64,000 nt of DNA from an uncultured Chitinophagaceae bacterium. GTDB lineage: Bacteria > Bacteroidota > Bacteroidia > Chitinophagales > CAIOSU01. The translations under genes were made by a program, and so were the position numbers. Under the pieces are notes generated by a model. That model ran no database searches, had not been told where the DNA came from, and was given only the letters and a program-made list of their open reading frames with translations. Positions 11,892-20,600 of this stretch are shown piece after piece (position 1 is the stretch's first letter; each line of letters starts with the position of its first letter). The stretch lies in assembly GCA_964352775.1 (NCBI GenBank), contig CAYGTK010000004.1, positions 594 to 64,593 on the forward strand, written 5' to 3'.

Positions 11892-13037
11892 ATGAGATCA
11901 TCCATCCTCGTTGCCCTATTTATAGGTGCATTCTCTTTTTTACAAGCGCAAATACAGTCTGGAACGTTGACCCATGATGGGGAAGTACGCGACTATTTCT
12001 TCTACTTACCTAGCGATCATAATAGCACGGATAAATATCCGCTAGTGCTTAACTTACATGGGCGTGGTTCTAATGCTGGGCAGCAGCAATTTTTGACAGA
12101 TATGAACGCTGTAGCAGAAGCCAATGGCTTTATCACCGTTAACCCCGATGCAATAAGTAATGAATGGAACCTGCTAGTTGGCCTTGGTGGGGTAGATGAT
12201 GTTGGTTTCCTATCTGCATTGATAGATAAGTTCGTAGCCGACTTTGGTGCCGACCCGAATAGAGTATATTCTGCAGGAATGTCTTTGGGTGGGTTTATGA
12301 GTCATACCCTAGCTTGCGAGATAACCGATAAAGTAGCCGCCATTGCCTCCGTAACTGGGTCTATGGCAGCACCTGTATTTAGTAATTGTACCCCTACACG
12401 CCCAATACCTGTAATGCAAATGCATGGCACTGCAGATTCTGTAGTTCAATATACTGGTGCGCCAGAGTATGCCCCTATTGAAGATGTAGTGGCTTTTTGG
12501 GTGGGTCATAATAATTGCCCTACCACTCCTGAAATAGCATCCGTTCCTGATAATGATATGACCGATTCTACGACTGCCATGAAGTCTACTTACTCTTGGG
12601 GTGACGATTCGTCTCAAGTTATCTTTTACCGAATTGAAGATGGTGGCCACACTTGGCCAGGAGGATTAACACTATTGCTTCCAGGAATTGGCTTTACCAA
12701 TCAAGATTATGTAGCCTCAGAAGTTATCTGGGATTTTTTCGACGAATACGACATCAACGGTAAGCGCGACAAAACAGCCACCAGCATTAAAAGCTTAAGA
12801 CCTGCAACCGAAGTATTAGCTTTTCCCAACCCTTTTAATGAAAGTCTTAAATTATCTGCTGTAGAACAAGGCGCTACCATTAGGATAACAGATATTAACG
12901 GACTTATAGTACTTCAGGAAGTTAGCTCTAACAGCAACACTAGATTGAACACAGCTAACCTAGCTAGTGGTACTTACTTCCTTACTATTGAGGGCAATAA
13001 TGGCACGAGCATTCAAAAGATTGTGAAGGCCAATTAA
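11892..13037 (+). CDS. Secreted alpha/beta hydrolase, tandem paralogue of 10653..11801, with T9SS type A CTD
   Basis: Same architecture: PLVLNLHGRGSN, GMSLGGFMS, HGTADS, DGGHTWPG, FPNPFNESLKL..GTYFLTI. Long identical stretches with the upstream paralogue, e.g. FFDEYDINGKRDKT. Confidence 0.7.
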   Translation: MRSSILVALFIGAFSFLQAQIQSGTLTHDGEVRDYFFYLPSDHNSTDKYPLVLNLHGRGSNAGQQQFLTDMNAVAEANGFITVNPDAISNEWNLLVGLGGVDDVGFLSALIDKFVADFGADPNRVYSAGMSLGGFMSHTLACEITDKVAAIASVTGSMAAPVFSNCTPTRPIPVMQMHGTADSVVQYTGAPEYAPIEDVVAFWVGHNNCPTTPEIASVPDNDMTDSTTAMKSTYSWGDDSSQVIFYRIEDGGHTWPGGLTLLLPGIGFTNQDYVASEVIWDFFDEYDINGKRDKTATSIKSLRPATEVLAFPNPFNESLKLSAVEQGATIRITDINGLIVLQEVSSNSNTRLNTANLASGTYFLTIEGNNGTSIQKIVKAN

Positions 13038-13039
13038 GC

Positions 13040-14947
13040 TTACTGCTTCACCACACTTTCTTGCAAAATGATGTTCAGGCCGCTATCCATTATCAGCAGT
13101 TCGTAATTGCCTTGAGCTAATGGGTCTATAGAGAAGGCGAATCTGTTCGTTCCTTTTTTTACTCTATCGCTTAGCAAGGTCTTTACCAGTTTCCCCTGCA
13201 TATCATATATCTGGAAAGTCAGTTTATCCTCATTCTGCAACTCGAACTCTACCGTAAATCGTTCCACAAATGGATTGGGGAATGTTTTGATGGTAGGGGT
13301 TTTTGAAGCAGAAGGTTCTTCAATTGCTACTGGATAACCTTCTACGGGGCTTTCTACTTCCGCTACAAAAGCCAGATTAAATCTAGGCCGCCCTACTTGT
13401 CCTTGAATTGTGCGCCTTGCGCCAAACATAGCTGCCATCCATACTTTTCCTGGCTCATTGTACTTACGTTGCGTGCCTGAGTAATCGCCCCATCGCTCAT
13501 TATTTCCACTAAGTATGTTGATGAAGGTCTCTCCCTCTTTCAAGGTCTTCCGCTCCGAATACTCAAATCCGCCTTGATGAAATACAGCTGATATACCTGC
13601 GGCAGAGTCTATCGAAGTATGGTTGAAAGTGATCATAGCTTGATCATCGCCACCAAGACCTGTGTAGGAAATATTGGGGTAACCAAAATCCATACTGTAA
13701 TCACCTATCACATTTGTCTTTACTATCGGGGTGTTCTCTATATCCAGAATATAACCATGATACACGCCTGCCCTGTTGCTATCTGGTAATACAGAGTTTC
13801 CAACGAAGTGTAAGATACCGCTCTCTAGATAACCGCCTAACACACGAGAATCGTTGGTTTGTAGGCGGTTTGCAGTAGTAGGTTGAATTCCATCAGGAGC
13901 AAGACCGTACGGGGTTGTGGCTACATGCGCACTAATGTTTAAACTGAAAGGATTAGCCGCTAAATTGTTAGGCACTTCCATCATGAATATAGTATCGTTC
14001 GACGCATCGAAGTTCCGGTTACTCAACAAATACATATTCGGGCCATAAGTACCCGAACCGCCTTGAATAGGGCATAGGTTTCGGATGGGTTTGCCGTTCC
14101 ACCGCACATCGTTCCAAACTTTGGTGTCTAGGTTTCCGCCTGTATAGCCGTCTTCTTTGTCAATTTGCCAAATGTAGCTTTCCTTGAACAAAAATTTCCA
14201 GCTATCAGAAGTATTTACCGTGTCGTTTATCAGTGCATTAACTGTAATGAACAACTCATCGTCAGAAATGGCTACGATCGGGTAATCTGACCACACCCCA
14301 TCATTCAATGGATTACCTGAAAGCGCATAGATATTCCAAGGATCCATAGGGTCGTTAGTGGTAGAGAAGCTAACGATTATGTTACTAGTGGAATCATTGT
14401 TGCCACTCAAGTAGATCATGATGAATTTATCCTCATTAGGATCATAGATCAACTTAGGGTCGTACATGTTTTGGGGCAAGTTCAGCGAAGCAGCAAAATC
14501 TTCTAAGCTGATCATCATGTACAAACTGTCTTCATCCATATCGTAAAATTGGATGTTGGAATTAACTACAGAGATAAGCTTGTTCCCATTTGAAATAGCT
14601 ACATCATTATCGCAAGGCACGCTACCATCCCAAGGGTTAGTCTCAAAGCCTTGCAAGTAGTTCAATTCTGGGGCATCACCCAATACGGCTATGCCGCCCG
14701 TTTTGGCTGTTCCGTTCTTAGGCTTCAGCTTAGCTTTTTCACGTAGCAAGAATGATCGGTAGGAGTTACCTCCAGGAAAAGCCGCTTCTAGGTTAACCAC
14801 TTCTGGTGCCCATTTTTGCTGAATGGTACTTGGGTTTACCGTAGCTGCTTTAGCATAGCTTATTAGTGGGGTAACCTTGTTGCTACCTTGTGCAAATACC
14901 AAGTTAGCTGCTAATAAAAGCAGTACTATCAATACATTAGTTCTCAT
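13040..14947 (-). CDS. Secreted protein of unknown function with T9SS type A CTD
   Basis: Signal peptide MRTNVLIVLLLLAANLVFAQ. C-terminal FPNPFVERFTVEFEL..GNYELLI tail. I recognised no catalytic motif. Confidence 0.6.
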   Translation of the reverse strand: MRTNVLIVLLLLAANLVFAQGSNKVTPLISYAKAATVNPSTIQQKWAPEVVNLEAAFPGGNSYRSFLLREKAKLKPKNGTAKTGGIAVLGDAPELNYLQGFETNPWDGSVPCDNDVAISNGNKLISVVNSNIQFYDMDEDSLYMMISLEDFAASLNLPQNMYDPKLIYDPNEDKFIMIYLSGNNDSTSNIIVSFSTTNDPMDPWNIYALSGNPLNDGVWSDYPIVAISDDELFITVNALINDTVNTSDSWKFLFKESYIWQIDKEDGYTGGNLDTKVWNDVRWNGKPIRNLCPIQGGSGTYGPNMYLLSNRNFDASNDTIFMMEVPNNLAANPFSLNISAHVATTPYGLAPDGIQPTTANRLQTNDSRVLGGYLESGILHFVGNSVLPDSNRAGVYHGYILDIENTPIVKTNVIGDYSMDFGYPNISYTGLGGDDQAMITFNHTSIDSAAGISAVFHQGGFEYSERKTLKEGETFINILSGNNERWGDYSGTQRKYNEPGKVWMAAMFGARRTIQGQVGRPRFNLAFVAEVESPVEGYPVAIEEPSASKTPTIKTFPNPFVERFTVEFELQNEDKLTFQIYDMQGKLVKTLLSDRVKKGTNRFAFSIDPLAQGNYELLIMDSGLNIILQESVVKQ

Positions 14948-14950
14948 TAT

Positions 14951-16987
14951 CTATGCCTTTTCTTTGAACTTATCTTCAAATATAGCCTGTATTTCATAGA
15001 GCTCGTCGCGCAGGCGGGCTGCTTCTAAAAAGTCGAGTTCTTTTGCGGCTTTCTTCATTTTGCTGTCGGTGGTCTTTATTAGCTTTTCCATTTGCTGGCG
15101 GTTCATATACTGTATCACCGGGTCGGCCACTAGGCTTATGGTTTCTTCCTCTTCTATATAACTGCCGCTTACCTTTCTAATATCCAGCACGGCAGTTTGT
15201 TTCATTATCTGCTCTTTGGTTCTTGTTATCGTGGTAGGTGTTATGTTATGAAGTTCATTGTATTTCAATTGCTTTTCACGCCGTCTGTCGGTTTCGTCCA
15301 TGGTACGCCGCATTGAATTTGTGATCTTATCAGCATACATTATCACCAGTCCGTTCACATTACGTGCTGCCCTACCAGCTATCTGCGTAAGCGACCGTTC
15401 AGAACGTAGGAAACCTTCCTTATCAGCGTCTAATATGGCTACCAACGATACCTCTGGAAGGTCTAGCCCTTCTCGAAGTAGATTCACCCCTACTAACACA
15501 TCGAATTTACCCAATCGCAAGTCGCGAAGAATTTCTACGCGCTCCAATGTATCTACCTCTGAGTGGATGTATCGGCTACGGATATTTATCCGCTGCATGA
15601 ACTTCTGCAGTTCTTCAGACATGCGCTTGGTAAGTGTGGTTACCAATACCCTTTCATCAGCTTTTATGCGCAGATCTATTTCTTCCAATAGATCATCTAT
15701 TTGGTTCTGGCTCGGGCGCACATCTATTATAGGGTCAAGCAAGCCCGTTGGGCGTACTACCTGCTCTACTACTACACCATCGCACATTTCTAATTCCTTA
15801 TCCCCTGGCGTGGCACTTACAAATACTGTCCGCTGCATAAAATCCTCAAACTCTTGATAATTGAGCGGGCGGTTATCTAGTGCCGAGGGTAATCGGAAAC
15901 CGTACTCCACTAAGTTGGTTTTTCTAGCACGGTCGCCACCATACATTGCGCCTACTTGCGATAGAGTAACATGGCTTTCATCTATCACCATCAAAAAATC
16001 ATCTGGAAAATAATCTAATAAACAGAAAGGGCGGTCGCCAGGGTTTCGCCTGTCTAAGTAGCGCGAGTAATTCTCAATACCCGAACAGTAACCCAACTCA
16101 CGTATCATCTCTACATCAAAGGTTATCCGTTCTTCCAGTCGCTTAGCTTCCAGATACTTTCCTATCTCTTTAAAGTAATCTACTTGCCTATTCTTCTCAT
16201 CTACTATTTCGTCCAACACTATTCGCAGTTGATCTTTGGGGGCAATGTATAAGTTGGCTGGAAAAATGGCCACATCGGTCATTGGCGCTATCTTTTTACC
16301 ATTGGTTGGGTCAAAACTCTCTATTTCTTCTATCTCGTCGCCCCAAAAAGTAACCCGATAAGCATAATCAGCATACGGCAAATTAATATCTACCGTATCC
16401 CCTTTTACTCGAAAAGTACCATTCCCGAATTCCGCTTCTGTTCTAGAATATAAGGCATCTACCAATTGATGAAGCAAGCCGTTTCGGCTAATTGTTTGCC
16501 CAACTGATAGCCGTGTGGTGTGGTTTTGATACTCTATTGGGTTACCAATACCGTATATACATGATACTGATGCAACCACTATAACATCCCTACGGCCAGA
16601 TAGCAAGGCAGAAGAAGCACTTAACCTTAGCTTTTCTACCTCTTCATTGATCGAAAGGTCTTTCTCGATATACGTGTTAGATGTTGGGAGATAAGCCTCT
16701 GGCTGATAATAATCATAGTACGATACAAAATACTCTACCGAGTTATTGGGGAAGAACTGCTTGAACTCGCCGTATAACTGGGCTACAAGTGTTTTATTAT
16801 GACTTAGCACCAGTGTTGGGCGCTGTACTTCTTGTATCACATTGGCCATGGTAAAGGTCTTTCCAGACCCCGTTACCCCTAATAGTGTTTGAAACCTATC
16901 GCCATTATTAACGCCCTCTACTAACTCTTTTATAGCTGTAGGCTGGTCGCCCGTAGGCTTGTAGTCTGATGTTAGCTCGAACTTCAT
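14951..16987 (-). CDS. uvrB: Excinuclease ABC subunit B
   Basis: 678 aa. N-terminal YKPTGDQPTAI, Walker A GVTGSGKT, DESH box (VIDESHVT), helicase motifs and the C-terminal UVR domain (LEAARLRDEL). Confidence 0.95.
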   Translation of the reverse strand: MKFELTSDYKPTGDQPTAIKELVEGVNNGDRFQTLLGVTGSGKTFTMANVIQEVQRPTLVLSHNKTLVAQLYGEFKQFFPNNSVEYFVSYYDYYQPEAYLPTSNTYIEKDLSINEEVEKLRLSASSALLSGRRDVIVVASVSCIYGIGNPIEYQNHTTRLSVGQTISRNGLLHQLVDALYSRTEAEFGNGTFRVKGDTVDINLPYADYAYRVTFWGDEIEEIESFDPTNGKKIAPMTDVAIFPANLYIAPKDQLRIVLDEIVDEKNRQVDYFKEIGKYLEAKRLEERITFDVEMIRELGYCSGIENYSRYLDRRNPGDRPFCLLDYFPDDFLMVIDESHVTLSQVGAMYGGDRARKTNLVEYGFRLPSALDNRPLNYQEFEDFMQRTVFVSATPGDKELEMCDGVVVEQVVRPTGLLDPIIDVRPSQNQIDDLLEEIDLRIKADERVLVTTLTKRMSEELQKFMQRINIRSRYIHSEVDTLERVEILRDLRLGKFDVLVGVNLLREGLDLPEVSLVAILDADKEGFLRSERSLTQIAGRAARNVNGLVIMYADKITNSMRRTMDETDRRREKQLKYNELHNITPTTITRTKEQIMKQTAVLDIRKVSGSYIEEEETISLVADPVIQYMNRQQMEKLIKTTDSKMKKAAKELDFLEAARLRDELYEIQAIFEDKFKEKA

Positions 16988-17046
16988 GCAGTTATGCTCA
17001 TAAAATTATTAGTAATTTCGCAACCCAAATAGATAAAGATAACTAC

Positions 17047-17580
17047 ATGGATCTTAAAGAAATAGTTTCAGTAAGTAACTTACCAGGGCTACACAAAGTA
17101 GTAGCACAACGGAATGACGGGTTGATAGTTCAACAATTAGGTGAAGAGCGTTCTAAGTTCGCATCAAGCCGCTCGCACATGTTCACACCATTGGATGGTA
17201 TTACTATTTATACCGAAGATGATAGCGCTACGCTAAGCGATGTACTTTGGACTATGAAACAACTAAGCGAGACTAACACACCACCCAATGGCAAAAAGGC
17301 CAGTAGTGCTGAGTTGAGCGAGTATTTCCGCAAAGTTCTTCCTGACTATGATGAAGAGCGCGTATACGTTAGCGACATTAAAAAGCTGCTAAAATGGTAC
17401 GAGTTACTTGACGCACACGGTTTAATAACAGAGCCTGTTGCAGAAGAAGAAACCGCTACGGAGGTTACTGAAGAAAAGGCAGAAGAGAAAGCTGAAGCAG
17501 AAGAGCCGAAAGAGGAAAAAAAGAAACCGGCCAAGAAAAAAGCTAAGAAAGCCAAAAAGGAAGAACCTAAAGACAAATAA
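17047..17580 (+). CDS. DUF5606-like protein with a Lys/Glu-rich C-terminal tail
   Basis: ORF 16969.. trimmed to the ATG at 17047, because the longer form would overlap the uvrB start. MDLKEIVSVSNLPGLHKVV resembles the DUF5606 N-terminus as I recall it. The tail is EEKAEEKAEAEEPKEEKKKPAKKKAKKAKK. Confidence 0.5.
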   Translation: MDLKEIVSVSNLPGLHKVVAQRNDGLIVQQLGEERSKFASSRSHMFTPLDGITIYTEDDSATLSDVLWTMKQLSETNTPPNGKKASSAELSEYFRKVLPDYDEERVYVSDIKKLLKWYELLDAHGLITEPVAEEETATEVTEEKAEEKAEAEEPKEEKKKPAKKKAKKAKKEEPKDK

Positions 17581-17698
17581 TAACAACCATTTCTATATAT
17601 AATTAGCTCTACGGTACTGCTAATGTTGAGATATTGTTATTATCAATAACATTTTTCTTAATTTTAGCAGTTCGTAAATCAAAGAAACCAAATTACAC

Positions 17699-20600
17699 AT
17701 GAGAACCACACTGTTACGCGTTAGTGCTACGCTGGTATTAGCACTTGCTCTTTTCACCTCCCCCGCTACGGCGCAGGTGATATTTTCAGAAGATTTTAGT
17801 TCAATACCCTTAAATGCAGATGGCTACGCTACTGCGGCTTCACAGGGTTTTACCGCTATTAATGTAGATGGTACTGCGCCAGACCTTGGTAATGCCAATG
17901 GTAGCGGAATACCTTTCCCTACAGAGGGTTGGTTCATTTCAGGTAGTGGCCTTGGTGGTGATACTGCTTTAATAAGTACTTCTTGGATCAGCCCAGCTGG
18001 GCAAGTTGACAGATATGTAGCATTACCACAACTTACTATGGGTACTAACAATCAGCTTCGCTGGACTGCTAGAAGTGCAGATGGTGGATTTTTAGAAACT
18101 TATGAAGTGCGCATTTCTACAACTACACCTACAGAAGCTGGCTTTCTGGCTAACCCTGCTATAGCTACTATTACTAATGAGCTTGATGTAGATAATCCTA
18201 GAAGTCTATTCATTCCTAGCACATACGACAATCAACCTGTGTTTATCGCTTTCCGCAATATATCTGATGATAAATTTTGGATCGTTCTATCGGAGCTAGA
18301 AGTAGAAATAAATCTTGCTGCTAGTAATGATATAGGTATCTCTAGCATTTTCACTGGTGAGTACACCTCTTATGCAGAGTCTCAAATTCGTCCTATTCCT
18401 ATTTCTGCTGAAGTAGAAAATTTAGGTGCTAATAATGCTACTAACGTTCAAGTACGTCTGGATATACTTGAAATATCTAACGCGCCTGTTAACGTTTTAA
18501 CCCAAACTACTATTACAAATCCAACAATAGCGCCGGGAAATACGAATGTTTTCAACTTCCCTAACTGGACACCTACTGATACAGGTGCATACTTCATCCG
18601 GTTCATTACTTCCATGACGCAAACTGACGGTAATACTACGAACGACACGGCATCAACCTTTATATTGGTTGACGAAGAAACCTTCGCTCGCGACGATGCA
18701 ATTCTTTTTGGTAGTGTAGATGGAAACTTAGGTTTTGGCGTAAATGCTGCTGGTGCTGATATTGGTAACACTTTTGAGCTAACAGCTAGCGATGACCTGC
18801 AAAGTGTAACGTTCTTTGTTTCTACGGCTGATATTGGTAATACCATTAGTGCAAACGTATACAACTTCTCTCCTACCACTGGTGTAGGTACACTTGTAGC
18901 GTCTACCGTTACTCAAAACATAGTAACAGCAGCAGACACTGCTGGCCTATATGAATTAGCTATTGCTGGTGGGGCGGTAACCCTTCCGGCTGGTCAATAC
19001 TTTATTGGTGTACGGGGTGCCAACCAAGTTGGATTAAACGACAACAATTATACCCCTGGTACTATTTGGGGTGGAGACCCAGTTGGTGGTTTCTTCCAGT
19101 TAGATACCATCACAGGTCAAAACTTTGCTGGTGCATTCCTTATTTGGGCTAATTTAAACACAACTAGCACCGCAGTAGCGCCAGTAGTTGATTTTTCAGG
19201 TACACCTACAACGGTAACAGTTGGTGGTACAGTTGACTTTACCGATCTATCTACTGGAAGTCCAACACAATGGGCATGGTTGTTCCCTGGTAGTGTACAA
19301 GCCGCTTCAACTGCACAGAACCCAACGGGCATTACTTATAATACTGTTGGTCAATTTGCTGTTTCTTTAGAAGCTAGTAATGCGACTGGAAGCGATATTG
19401 AAACCAAAAACTTATACATCAATGTGATCGCAGGTGGTGGCCCATGTGCTAATCCAGATACGCTTAACTATCCGCTAGTTAATGCAACAGCAGCCTCATT
19501 ATTTGGTGCTGGAACTGGTTTTGTATCTGGAACTAACGCCGCCAACCTTCAAGTAGGGCAATACTACCCTGGTTCTGGAAATGTTGAATCTGTATCTATT
19601 TGGTTTGGCTATAAAGATATTATTGGCGCACCAGACAACTACGACCTAAGCGTTTATGCTGTTGGGCTTGATAGTTTGCCTGTAGGCGCTCCACTAGCAT
19701 CTATCACATTAAATAGCGCGACTATTGATACTTCAGCACAATTTGCAACTGGATTTAGTGATTTCATCTTCAGTCCAGCACCAGCTGTTACCAATGGTTT
19801 CGTGATAGCAATGGAAGTTGATGGACCTGCTAAAAACGACACCTTAGTTATAGTGAGCAATGGTCAAAACGATGCTGGCGGAAACGGTGCTGGAGTCTTA
19901 CAGACAAATACAGGCGTTTGGGCCAAGAGTCGTAATTTTTGGTCTTTCGGTCCTGGTAACCCAGCTGACTTTGACCTATTTATGTTTCCGGTTCTTTGCC
20001 CTTCAACTGTTCCTACTTGTAACGTTACAGTAAGCGAAACAGCTAACACAGATAACACCTCTTGTAATGGTACTCCAAGTGGGTCGTACACAGTTACTGC
20101 CGCTGGTGGTACTGCTCCTTATACTTATAATAATGGTACTGCATCAAACAACAATGGAATTTTCGTTGGTGCTACTGGTGCATACTCCATTACTGTAACA
20201 GATGCACTGGCATGTACGGCTACTATAAGTGGTACTGTAGCAGCCATTCCTGCAACGGTTAATGCTAATGTTTCTGCCGTCACACCGAACACCTCTTGTG
20301 GTGCGCCAAATGGTTCATACACAGTAGTAGGTAGCAATGGTGCCGGACAATACACTTATACAGACGGAAGCACAACTAACAGCAATGGTATATTCACTGG
20401 TGTAGTTGGTGCATTCTCTGTAACTGTTACAGATGCTAATGGATGTTCTGAAACAACTTCTGGAACTGTAGCTGATAACCAACCTAATATTACTGTAACA
20501 GAGTCTGCTAATACTCCTAATACATCTTGTGGTACTCCTAACGGGTCGTTCACAGTTGTTGGTGGTAACGGCGCTGCACCTTACACATACTCGGATGGTA

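Noticed and set aside
17635-17657. An AT-only palindrome TGTTATT-atc-AATAACA followed by TTTTT, downstream of the DUF5606-like gene.
   Set aside because: A 7-bp all-weak stem with a 3-nt loop is too unstable to call a terminator with confidence.
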